Below, piece by piece: positions 27,880 to 36,864 of a stretch of 64,000 bases of DNA. The DNA is from a virus (taxonomy: Duplodnaviria; Caudoviricetes). Positions within the stretch are counted from its first letter, which is position 1, and each line of letters opens with the position of its first letter. The DNA is taken from the IMG/VR virus record IMGVR_UViG_3300007770_000001; one strand, given 5' to 3'. The translations under genes and the position numbers were made by a program. The notes beneath the pieces are model-generated. The model was not told the origin of the DNA, did no database searches, and saw only the letters and a program-made list of their open reading frames with translations.

Positions 27880-29735
27880 GCCACACGTTCCTGTATGATC
27901 GGGAGTCTCCCGACCAGCCTGAGAAGGCTGGGAACCCGTTCCCCCAAGGAGAGGCCCCTGGGAACTCTGGTGGGAATTCCCCCGCTCACGACAGCATGAA
28001 CCCCGCCTCGTCGAAAGTGATCCCCGACCACCTCAAGCATGGCTTCAAGCTCGAGCTGAATCCCGCGTGGGTGTCCCAGGTTCGGGAGGTCATTCGGAGA
28101 GGTCTTCGTCGCAAGTCGAGCCTGGTGTTCCGCCCCAAAGGGTGGAGAGCACTTGGGAGCGAAGCCCTCCAGGAAATGGGGTCTTGGCCTCGGAACCTGG
28201 TGTGGCGGGGAATGACCCAGGCGGAGTTCAAGAACACCGTGGGGTCTCTCAAACCTATCTGGAGTACTGGAAGATTCTCCCTGGAGGGGGAGGGCACCAA
28301 CTTTGCGGAGGACCCGCGAGATGCCGAGTCCTATGTGAACTTTGGTCGTGACGACCCTCGCAATACCAACCAGAACACGTATCTTGTGGGGGTCCGGCGC
28401 CATCCGGATATGAGAAAGGAACGGGACGGATACATCAAGATGCCCTCTCCCCTACCTCTCGATTTTGTTGAGGTGGTGTGGGAGATGTATCCTGAGGAAG
28501 GGGCCGTGGTTGGGAGGACAATCCGATCCTCAACCCGGACAGCCGCGACCTCTCGGGACATACTGGATAGGACGTCCAGAAAGGTCCTGGACAGCGCGCG
28601 CAGGGTTCGGCTCACCCCGGTAGCCTCGGGGGAGCGGGACGGCGTCTACACCCTCCGAGCAGCCGGGAGCAGCGGCACACATACGGTCAAGATCCGGACT
28701 TCCCGGAACCACGTCTGGTGTGCCTGCTCGTGCCCCTTCTGGCAATACCAGGGACCCGAGTTCTGGGCCAAGAATGGCGGCTATCTTCTGGGAGATCCCC
28801 GAGGAACAGCAACCCGTCCCGACAAGAGAGATCCCAAGGGGCAGAACTGGTGCTGCAAGCACGTAGCTGCCGCTCTCCGGATGTATCCAGAGGTGCGGGG
28901 GAAGACAGCTTCCTTCCATGCCCTGCCCTGTCCCAAGCGCGTTGCTATCCGGTTTGCTATCTCGAGGATGGAGCATTCCTGGGCTTGGATCTCCCCCTCG
29001 GGTCGGTTCATCGAAATCAGGGATCACGGTCGTTGGGCTTGGAAGAATCACCCAGATATCCTTCTCTCGTATGCCCTGGAGGAATGGCCCTCCCACTACA
29101 AAGCCCCTGCTGGATACATGGAGGACATCCTTCCATCCTTGACCCGTGATTCAAGAATTGTTGAGAGACAGGACACTCCCGGGTTGGTCGGAACCGAGGT
29201 CCTCCAGTTGAACTCCTCTGTCTTGAACTCTCGTCGGTTCAAGTCTCGTCAAAGATGGATGGATGTCCTGGGCAAGGGCTATTGGCTCCCTCATGAAAGG
29301 CTCTCCCGAGAGGAAGAGAAGTTCATCGAGCGGGCGCATCAGGAGCACGGGTCCGTATTCTCAAAGGAGACACGGGTCCTGGAAGACTCCCCAGCCAACA
29401 AGGCTCGTCGGAAGTTCTGGAAAAAGGAGCGTCAGAGGATTGGGATGGATCTCCGGGAATGGGCCTCTCGGGCTCTTCACGAAGATGGATGGATGTCCGC
29501 TTCCAATACCCAATCTGTGAGCTTGGCGGACGGAGAGAAGGGGAACCGTGCCCAGTGGGACGCCTTCTTCCGAGTGGTGCTCTCAGAGTTCGAGAAGTCC
29601 CGCCAGAAAGAACTTCCTCCCGATCTCTATGTCACCACCCCCCGGACTATCCGAACGCTCTCTTATGAGGATGCTTTGGAACAGAAGGCCAGCAAGAGAA
29701 CCCAGGACGCCTTCTATGAGTGGCTTCTCAGGTAG
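27876..29735 (+). CDS. Multidomain protein, 619 aa: ART-like segment + SWIM Zn finger + WISPxG module
   Basis: VWRGMT...GTNFAEDPRDAESY (ART-like); CACSCPFW...CCKHVAAAL (SWIM CxC..CKH); WISPSG..DHGRWA. Confidence 0.7.
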   Translation: MSHTFLYDRESPDQPEKAGNPFPQGEAPGNSGGNSPAHDSMNPASSKVIPDHLKHGFKLELNPAWVSQVREVIRRGLRRKSSLVFRPKGWRALGSEALQEMGSWPRNLVWRGMTQAEFKNTVGSLKPIWSTGRFSLEGEGTNFAEDPRDAESYVNFGRDDPRNTNQNTYLVGVRRHPDMRKERDGYIKMPSPLPLDFVEVVWEMYPEEGAVVGRTIRSSTRTAATSRDILDRTSRKVLDSARRVRLTPVASGERDGVYTLRAAGSSGTHTVKIRTSRNHVWCACSCPFWQYQGPEFWAKNGGYLLGDPRGTATRPDKRDPKGQNWCCKHVAAALRMYPEVRGKTASFHALPCPKRVAIRFAISRMEHSWAWISPSGRFIEIRDHGRWAWKNHPDILLSYALEEWPSHYKAPAGYMEDILPSLTRDSRIVERQDTPGLVGTEVLQLNSSVLNSRRFKSRQRWMDVLGKGYWLPHERLSREEEKFIERAHQEHGSVFSKETRVLEDSPANKARRKFWKKERQRIGMDLREWASRALHEDGWMSASNTQSVSLADGEKGNRAQWDAFFRVVLSEFEKSRQKELPPDLYVTTPRTIRTLSYEDALEQKASKRTQDAFYEWLLR

Positions 29736-29764
29736 CTGGGTATCTTGGAGTCTCTGGAGACCTC

Positions 29765-30148
29765 ATGCCGACCTATACCTACCACTGCGATGCCTGTGAC
29801 CACCCCTTCGAGAAGATCCTTCGGATGTCCCAGTATGCGGATCCTCAGGACTGTCCGGAGTGTGGAGGGGCCGCTCGGAAGACTGTATCTCCTGTAGGAT
29901 TCGTCCTCAAGGGAGATGGCTGGACAGGGAAGAACCTCAAGATCAAGCGCCAGATGGCCAAGAAGAACCAGCGTCTTGATGCCAAGGCAGCGGACCGCCG
30001 TCGCTCCTCCTCGGGGCCCAAGTTGGTCCCCAATGTCGGCGGGGAGCGGACCGAGTCTTGGTCCGATGCTGGGAAGCTCGCCAAGTCCAAGGGGTTGGGC
30101 ACCTCGGGATACGAGAAGAAGGCGGCTTCGGAGAAGTCCTCTTCCTGA
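29765..30148 (+). CDS. FmdB-family zinc-ribbon protein
   Basis: MPTYTYHCDACDHPFE...CPECGG.ARK..S..GF.LKGDGW. Confidence 0.85.
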   Translation: MPTYTYHCDACDHPFEKILRMSQYADPQDCPECGGAARKTVSPVGFVLKGDGWTGKNLKIKRQMAKKNQRLDAKAADRRRSSSGPKLVPNVGGERTESWSDAGKLAKSKGLGTSGYEKKAASEKSSS

Positions 30149-30198
30149 ACTCCGGTGGACCCCCTATCGCATCCCAAGTTTCCTGAGTAGGAGAGCCC

Positions 30199-30885
30199 GT
30201 GACGGTCTCGCCCAATCTGATCAAGAGATATGTTGGGGTCATCGACCTCACGATCCGTCGTCGGGCTGGAGTCTACTCGTACAAGGTTGGGGCGGCCCGT
30301 TCTCTGGATGCGGCGTTCACGGGGACCACTGAACTCGCGACGGTTCGGTCTGGGCGCCATGTCCGGAGCCGTACTCTCCGGAGAACTCGTCGGGGGATGG
30401 ACGCCATGTCCATCCGGAACCTGACCCGCTTCGCGTATGCCCCTGAGGATTTCGTCTCCGCGACCGTCCCCAGCGACGAAGAGATCGCGTTCATCCGTGT
30501 GTCCGAAGTTGACCTTGGAGGGAACGATCTCGGAGAAGGCCCTGTCCTGGTAGTGCCTCCCGCAGGATTCTTCGCCAGTGGCCGCAACACCCTCTTCCTG
30601 CCGGGAACTGGACCTGACGTGTCCGGTCTCGCAAACAATCTCCCCCCGCCTGATGCGCTCATCATCGACTTCCCAAAGTTCATCGATGAGCTCAACATCC
30701 AGAACACCGATGGAACGAACTCTCTGTTCGTGTCTCCGGGCCCGGGTCTCCCGGAGCGGGAAATCTCTGCTGGTGAAGACATCACGATCTACCAGGGCAG
30801 AGCGGGCCCTCTCTACATCAGAGGAGACTCAGCTGCCGTTGGATTCCAGATCACTGCTGTCCTTGTTAGCGGAATCCAGAGCTGA
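30199..30885 (+). CDS. Hypothetical (probable virion) protein, 228 aa
   Basis: AGGAG RBS with GTG start; lies in a co-oriented run with structural genes. Confidence 0.6.
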   Translation: MTVSPNLIKRYVGVIDLTIRRRAGVYSYKVGAARSLDAAFTGTTELATVRSGRHVRSRTLRRTRRGMDAMSIRNLTRFAYAPEDFVSATVPSDEEIAFIRVSEVDLGGNDLGEGPVLVVPPAGFFASGRNTLFLPGTGPDVSGLANNLPPPDALIIDFPKFIDELNIQNTDGTNSLFVSPGPGLPEREISAGEDITIYQGRAGPLYIRGDSAAVGFQITAVLVSGIQS

Positions 30886-30961
30886 CTCTTCCAATAGATA
30901 GGAAATACCGCATCTCAAGGTAGGGTCCGAGCCCTGCACGTCTCCACGGAGTATTCCAACA

Positions 30962-31633
30962 ATGGCCAACACCGCATACGTCTGCCGGCTCCGGACCGAT
31001 ATCCCTGCCGGCACTCTCCAGCTGCTCGATCTGCAGCCCAACACCTCCAGCCGCAACCTCACCCTCGAGCCTGTCGGCCAGTCCGGCTACCTCGGGGACC
31101 GGGTCGAGAACGACACCCTTGCTGCCCTGACCGGCGGCACGGACACCGCTGCTGTGTACAAGGGTCTCGCCGCGTACCTCATCGACAACGTCATCGACGG
31201 CACCTCCAACGTCACGATCACGGTGACGGTCGCCAACGACGGGGCTGCTGGCCTCATCGCTCTGCTGGATGCCGGCTCTGCGCTGACCGAGGCTGCCATC
31301 AACGCTGACCTGATCGCCACGGGCGGAGCAGGAGCGGGCACCGACATCAACGCAAACAGCTCCTCGGGGAGTGTCAAGGACATTCTGAAGATCATGAGCG
31401 GCGGTAAGTACACCCTGCCCTCCGGATCGACGGTCGGTGGCCTCTCCGCTGCTGCGGAGCTCGGCTCCTTCGACGACGACGCCTACCGTCAGCTGTACGG
31501 AACGAGCGCCCTGCAGATCTCCTGCGGCTCGGGTCGGATCGCCACCTTTGCGGCGGCGGCCTTCTCGTACAGCGGGACTGCGGGTGCTGCCCTGGTCGTG
31601 TACGACCACGAGGGCAACGTCCTCTCCGCCTGA
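30962..31633 (+). CDS. Probable abundant virion protein (223 aa)
   Basis: Extreme codon bias like the 762-aa fibre gene; Ala/Gly/Thr-rich. Confidence 0.6.
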   Translation: MANTAYVCRLRTDIPAGTLQLLDLQPNTSSRNLTLEPVGQSGYLGDRVENDTLAALTGGTDTAAVYKGLAAYLIDNVIDGTSNVTITVTVANDGAAGLIALLDAGSALTEAAINADLIATGGAGAGTDINANSSSGSVKDILKIMSGGKYTLPSGSTVGGLSAAAELGSFDDDAYRQLYGTSALQISCGSGRIATFAAAAFSYSGTAGAALVVYDHEGNVLSA

Positions 31634-31728
31634 TCCAGTTCTCCTTTGAGGACGTTGCCCCGTCCTCCTTGGCCTGTCGCGTCTGCGTTCTCCGGTTCGT
31701 GGACGCGACTCTGCGTTTGGGAGGCTGA

Positions 31729-31956
31729 ATGTTCAGGACCAAGGATCTGTACTTCGCCGCGTACCTGAAGGTCGCCGCCCTCACCTATGTGGGGACTGAG
31801 CGAGAGGGGGCTCAAGTCACCTGGGTCTTCGAACATCCAGGTCGGGATGTCCTCGGGGCTCTACGTCATCAGTTCTACGCGGATACGGCGCGGGTCCCTG
31901 CCCTCTCCTTTGTTCAGGCGATCAAGGATCTCAAGCGTTCCGTCTATCGGGAGTAG
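31729..31956 (+). CDS. DUF5659-like small phage protein
   Basis: T.DLYFAAYL...L......VTWVF pattern as recalled; GGAGG RBS. Confidence 0.55.
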   Translation: MFRTKDLYFAAYLKVAALTYVGTEREGAQVTWVFEHPGRDVLGALRHQFYADTARVPALSFVQAIKDLKRSVYRE

Positions 31957-31998
31957 TGGAGTAGAGAAGCTATCTCTCCCCCCTGATAGGAGGTCCTC

Positions 31999-32508
31999 AT
32001 GGGAACCGTCTTCGAGCAAGGCCAGGAACTTGGGCGTGGAGACCTGGATATCTTCACCGAAGACTCCGACGGGAACCCAGTCAATGTCTACGAGATTTCA
32101 TACTCGATCTACTACGTGGACTCGGACAACGGGGCTGAAGTTCTCATCGGTCCGGATACCCGAACGCCGGTGAATCCTGAGGTCGGGGAATACTACGCTG
32201 CGGTCCGGATTCCCAACTCTGCCGTGGCGGGCTGCTACCGCATCAGGTGGCGGGTCCGAGAGACTGCTTCCTCATCCCAGGAAGGTGCTGTCCAGGAGTT
32301 TGGCGTCGTTGCGGATGTCTCAGGAACGGCAGATGTCTACACGACGGCGGTCCGGGACCTGATCAACAAGCTCCGGATCATGACCAGGGACAACTGCCTG
32401 GGCGGGGACACCCTGGTGGAAGTGGACGCGGACGGGGAGATCATCCAGGTGAGCCTCGAGGACTTGTACGAGGCGATTGGGGATATGCCCATGCAAGAGG
32501 CATCCTGA
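31999..32508 (+). CDS. Fractured gene, 5' half: N-extein (132 aa, Ig-like; putative neck/adaptor protein) + split intein N-fragment
   Basis: ...KLRIMTRDN|CLGGDTLVEVDADGEIIQVSLEDLYE: intein block A begins at Cys133. Confidence 0.85.
   Translation: MGTVFEQGQELGRGDLDIFTEDSDGNPVNVYEISYSIYYVDSDNGAEVLIGPDTRTPVNPEVGEYYAAVRIPNSAVAGCYRIRWRVRETASSSQEGAVQEFGVVADVSGTADVYTTAVRDLINKLRIMTRDNCLGGDTLVEVDADGEIIQVSLEDLYEAIGDMPMQEAS
32395..32505 (+). mobile_element. Split intein N-fragment (Int-N, 37 aa)
   Basis: C-L-x-G-D-T-x-V block A followed by I..LY; 10 Asp/Glu, no Lys/Arg; ends at TGA. Confidence 0.85.
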
Positions 32509-33440
32509 TGCCAAGACCCGCGACACCCCCCAAAGACCCGCCTCCGGAGATCGTCCCGTACCTGGAGAAGCATGAGATCAGTTGGGAGTTGTTCTCGCGC
32601 AGGATGGTCCGTGATCCCGAGGTGAAGAGGATTCGAAGCGAAGTGGTTACCGAACTCCACCAACAGGGGAAAACCTGGGCTCAGATGACAGCTCTCACTT
32701 CTTTCGGCGCGGGGCAGCTGAGAGGGTACACCCGTGCGGTAGGTTGTGTGGCCTCCCGAAAAAACCTGAGCGAAGCGGGAGCACGTTCTGGCAGGGCCCG
32801 AAAAGGGGAGAAGAAGCCATGGTTTTCCAAGCAGATGAAGGAGAGATGGGAGAAGGGAGAATTCGACTTCCATAGAGGGAGGGTGCGTTCGGAGGAAGAG
32901 AGGCAAGCTCTCAGGGATTCTTGGACTCCAGAGAGGAGAGCAGCGTTTTGCCGAACCATGACGGAACGTTGGGCAAACCCGGAATTCCGGCAGAAGTTGG
33001 AAAGATTCCATCAGGACCCAAAGACACGTATGGAGAGATCCGCACGGCAAGCAGCAGCTATCAAGGCGGATCCCCAGAAATGGTCTTGGGGGAAGGGTTC
33101 CCGGGTACGCAGCACCAAATCGGATAGAGCGAGGTTTTGGGTTCGAAGCACCTTTGAGACCGCTGCTGTCCGGCTATTGGAAGGGGATGTCCAGGTTGCC
33201 AGCTACGAGTACGAGCCTGTTTTCAAGGATGAGGCAGGCCTCACAATTTTGCCAGACTTCAAGGTGGTCTTCACAGACGGGTCATGGAAGATTGTCGAGG
33301 TGAAAGCAAGTTGGGTTCTTAGACTCCCCCCAGAACACCCCAAAGCCCAGAAGCTCGCGCGTTACCGCCGGTTAGCAGAGCGGCTGGGGGTGTCTTTCGA
33401 GATTTGGACAGAACAGGACGTGCTCCATGATCACCTCTGA
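32508..33440 (+). mobile_element. Free-standing endonuclease (TnsA-like PD-(D/E)XK with NUMOD3-like tract) between intein halves, 310 aa
   Basis: TGATG overlap with the upstream stop; RSTFE..YEYEP..PDFKV..IVEVKA..K..G.SF.IWTE. Confidence 0.8.
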
Positions 33441-33816
33441 GACCAGAAACAGGATTCGCGCCGCTTTCTCAGTGGGTCGGCTGAAGACCCGCACCGTCTC
33501 TCCGGAAGGGAAGGGACGTTGGCAGCGTGTTCTGAAAGCATCCAAGATGGAGATTCCAGATTCTTTGGATTGCCTGGAGGTCTCTACTTCCAGGGGGTCT
33601 ATGATCCTCACGGAAGACCACAGGGTTTTCACGGCACCCACTGAGAAGACAGAGGCGAGGAATCTGGAGAAGGGATCTCCTGTGCTGGGGTCTGGGGGCC
33701 TGCTGATCCTGGTGACTCAGGTCCGGGCTGCCCCTCGCGAGCGCTTCATGTTCGACATCACCGTGGAGGGGGATCACAACTTCATTCCCGTGGGGTCTGG
33801 GGTCGTGGTGTCAAAC
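33427..33816 (+). mobile_element. Split intein C-fragment (Int-C, 130 aa)
   Basis: TxxH, block F and terminal Ser-Asn followed by Cys+1; basic N-terminus. Confidence 0.85.
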
Positions 33817-34317
33817 TGCCCCGACAAGCACTACAAGTTCCGTCCTCCTGAAGGAACGGAGACCGTGGGCTGCTACAACCAGGTCTTTGGTTATATCTGG
33901 ACTGACGAGGAGCTTGCCCAGTATCTCGAGATGGCCCTCTGGAAGTGGAACCTCTACCCTCCGGACACTTCTGCCAAGTGGACCACGGTCGACAAGGTGT
34001 ACAAGGGGAAGCAGGGTTGGAGATCAGCTCTCCTGTGGGGAGCTCTGGTCTTGGCCGCCCAGGCTCTCAGCTTCCAGTGGGTCGCGAATGAGTTCGGCTA
34101 CAGCATCGGAGGAATCAGCCTCGATCTGGAGAAGTCCTCCAAGTACCAGGCTCTCCGGGCGGACGCCGAGGCTCAGTGGACTCAGCTCACAGAGGCGAAG
34201 CAGCGTACCGAGAAGTACATGCGGGGCTTGGCCCAGCCCAGGTTCGGCAGGGGGGTGAGGTCGGCCTTTGGTCCACATGTGGGAGCGGGAATTTTGTCTC
34301 CACGGTCATTCATCTAA
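33427..34317 (+). CDS. Fractured gene, 3' half: split intein C-fragment (130 aa) + C-extein (166 aa; putative head-tail adaptor/neck protein)
   Basis: Block B LTEDHRVF, block F MFDITVEGDHNF, block G VVVSN|C. The extein has IWTDEEL..YL..AL..N..PP and F.YSIGGISL...SKY. Confidence 0.85.
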   Translation: MITSETRNRIRAAFSVGRLKTRTVSPEGKGRWQRVLKASKMEIPDSLDCLEVSTSRGSMILTEDHRVFTAPTEKTEARNLEKGSPVLGSGGLLILVTQVRAAPRERFMFDITVEGDHNFIPVGSGVVVSNCPDKHYKFRPPEGTETVGCYNQVFGYIWTDEELAQYLEMALWKWNLYPPDTSAKWTTVDKVYKGKQGWRSALLWGALVLAAQALSFQWVANEFGYSIGGISLDLEKSSKYQALRADAEAQWTQLTEAKQRTEKYMRGLAQPRFGRGVRSAFGPHVGAGILSPRSFI

Positions 34318-34382
34318 CCGGTTTTTAGGGCTTTATTTGGGACGCAGGGTACGGTAACCTTCCTTCAAGGGGGTTCTCACCC

Positions 34383-35900
34383 ATGCCCATCATCTGTCCC
34401 CATTGCTCACGTAGATTCAAGGGCACATCGATCAATTCCAGGCACAAACGTGTCTGTGCCGGATGGCCGAACCCACCCTCTCCGATCCCCTGCCTGTGCG
34501 GCCATGAATCCACTTCATCTACCCAGATGAAGCGCCACCGTCGGACTTGCTTTACATGGCAGTCTCGGGACAAGAAGGCAGTGGCCCAGGCGCGGAAGCG
34601 GGAGACCTCTCTTCGGAGGCACGGGGTCGAGAACGGTTCTCAGGCCCCTTCTGTGCAGGCACGACGTGCTGCGACCAACCTCGAGAGATACGGACACACC
34701 AATCCGGGAGCCTCAGAGCAGGCCAAGGCCAAGATCCGACAGACCAACCTGGAACGCTATGGCGTAGAGCATGTCACCTCATCTCCGGAGGTTCAGGCTC
34801 GGATGCGGGAGACCCTACGGAGGAATCATGGGGTCGGCAACCCGTTTGAGTCCCCGGAGGTCCAGGCCAAGATCCGAGCTACGATGCTCGAGAGGTACGG
34901 AGTTGAGAATCCCCAGCAGTGTCCGGAGATCCGAGCCCGCACGACAGCTACGTGCAAGGCCCGTTACGGAGGCAGGCTTCTTGCTTCTCCGGAGATTGCT
35001 GCGAAGGCTCGAGCCACGAACCTGGAACGCTACGGGGACGAGGTCCCTCAGCGCACTCCCGAACTTCGGGAGAGGACCCGCCAGACCAACATGGAGAGGT
35101 ACGGAGTCCCCTGGACCTGCATGGACCCAGAGGTCCGAGCGAAGCAGCTGGCGACGCACCACAAGAGGTATGGGTCCCACTACTTCGCCTCAGAGGAGGG
35201 CAAGGCCCAGATTCTCGCATCTTTCCGAGAGAGGTATGGGGTCGATCATTGGATGCAGGCTGAGGGGGCGTGGGACAGGCTCGTCGCCGTGTTCCAAGAG
35301 AGATACGGAGTCGACCATCCTCTTCAGCTCGCAGAGTTCCTGGAGAAGCGCGTCCGGACAACCCAGGCCCGCTATGGCGTGGACCACGTGCTTCAGGACG
35401 TGGAAATCATGGCCCGTCTCCAAGCCACGAACATGGAGAGGTATGGCCACCCCTTTGCGATGCAAAACAAGGAGGTGAGCAGTAGGATGGTTGCCACCAA
35501 GATCGAACGGTACGGAAATCCCTGGGGACCCTCTCCGGTAGACGGACCCAACGGTCTGGAACAAGCCGTTCATGCCCTTGCCCCAGAGGGATCCCTCCTA
35601 TTCACAGGGGATTTCACGTTCTGGAGATGGCTGCCAACACTCTCCAAGCACAAGAACCCCGATTTCATCGTTCCGGGACCTGATCCGGACCATCCCAAGC
35701 GGGGAGTCACGAAGGTCGTAGAAGCGTTTGGCGACTACTGGCACAGCCGGATGTTCACGGGAAAGGTGCCGTTCGCCCACGAGCAGGAGCTCATCTCCGC
35801 CTATCAAGAGGTCGGTATCGAGTGCCTGGTCGTCTGGGAGTCCGAGGTCAACTCAGAGCCTGAGGGAGTTCAAGCCCGGCTGGCCAAGTTCCTCTCGTAG
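34383..35900 (+). mobile_element. Free-standing endonuclease: Zn finger + 14 tandem ~23-aa repeats + VSR/DUF559-like nuclease
   Basis: Repeats (A/Q)TNLERYGV.....PE...K; C-terminal NPDFIV...VVEAFGDYWH...G.ECLVVWE. Confidence 0.8.
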
Positions 35901-35902
35901 TT

Positions 35903-36124
35903 TCAGGAAACCAGCGCCCAGGTATCTGAGTCGGACGGGTGCTCTACGAACCCCGCACGGATGAAGTACTCGGGGTCGATTTGGGAGGACTCGCCCATCT
36001 TGACGGCGATTCGCCGCCCGTTGTGGGAGTAGCTGGCGATCCAACCTGCTTCCTCCAGGAGCTCAGCGAACAGCGTAGCCAGGCCGGCGGACTCGAAGGT
36101 GTGTGAGAAGACACGGTAGAACAT
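35903..36124 (-). CDS. Small hypothetical protein (73 aa)
   Basis: RBS-like GAGA before ATG; operon with the upstream minus-strand gene. Confidence 0.55.
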   Translation of the reverse strand: MFYRVFSHTFESAGLATLFAELLEEAGWIASYSHNGRRIAVKMGESSQIDPEYFIRAGFVEHPSDSDTWALVS

Positions 36125-36145
36125 GGTTGTCTCGGGGGCTTGGGC

Positions 36146-36565
36146 TCAGTGTTCGTCGTTGGTGGTCCAGACCACCTTGTGGTCCTGGTTGCGGTCGGTG
36201 ATCTCGGTGCAGTAGCCCTCTTTCGTGTAGGTCCGGCACTTCCGGCAGGCCTTGGCCGCCCGGATGGATGAGAAGCTCTCGCCGCAGGAGCACTCGTAGT
36301 GGCAGAGCGCCATCGTCTCGGCGTAGCGAGCCTCGTCCGCCGCGACCTGCTCGGCCTCGAAGTCGGCGGAGAAGTCCCGGACCGCGCCGGAGCGGAGATC
36401 CTCGGACGCCACCTTGCAGCAGCGCGCGGCGTGGCGGTGCTGCCGATAGCAGTTCGTGCACCCGGCGCACTTGAACGGGTGCGCGTTGGGTCCCGTCAGC
36501 TCGACCGGGAAGCCGTTCACGAGGACGGTACGGGCGGAGGCGGAGCGGGTTTCTGAAGCGGCCAT
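36146..36565 (-). CDS. Cys-rich hypothetical protein (139 aa)
   Basis: AGGAGA RBS, strong codon bias, several CxxC/CxC motifs, promoter motif upstream. Confidence 0.7.
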   Translation of the reverse strand: MAASETRSASARTVLVNGFPVELTGPNAHPFKCAGCTNCYRQHRHAARCCKVASEDLRSGAVRDFSADFEAEQVAADEARYAETMALCHYECSCGESFSSIRAAKACRKCRTYTKEGYCTEITDRNQDHKVVWTTNDEH

Positions 36566-36585
36566 GTTGTTCTCCTGTCGCCTTC

Positions 36586-36613
36586 GTTACGTCCAGCCCC
36601 GCAGGAGGGAAAC
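36586..36613 (-). promoter_or_regulatory. GTTTCC-N16-CGTAAC motif
   Basis: Exact consensus, 21 nt upstream of ATG 36565. Confidence 0.7.
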
Positions 36614-36669
36614 CCTCCCTACTCCCAATCGCGAACCCATAGTTGGGCGCACCTCCCCGCTCCACGTGA

Positions 36670-36846
36670 TCAGGCCCCGTGCTTGCTGGGTTGGCTGTCC
36701 CATTCCTCTCCCTGGTGTCCGTAGGTGTAGAAGTGGTTGCAGCGGCCGTTCCGACACTGGTACGTAGGTCGCCCGTCAGCAGCCTCTCCTGTCCGCTCGA
36801 CGGTTTTCTTCCCACACGCGGAGCATTGACCCCGTTCTACTTTCAC
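36670..36846 (-). CDS. 58-aa zinc-ribbon protein (Ogr/Delta-like spacing), not in ORF track
   Basis: AGGAGG RBS + GTG; MKVERGQCSACGKKTVERT...YQCRNGRCNHFYTY...*. Confidence 0.6.
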   Translation of the reverse strand: MKVERGQCSACGKKTVERTGEAADGRPTYQCRNGRCNHFYTYGHQGEEWDSQPSKHGA

Positions 36847-36864
36847 GACGCCCCTCCTATCGGA

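Noticed and set aside
34600-35520. Regularly spaced ~69-nt repeats that could suggest a CRISPR array
   Set aside because: The repeats are degenerate at DNA level, in frame, and encode 22-23-aa protein repeats. There are no identical direct repeats with unique spacers and no cas genes.
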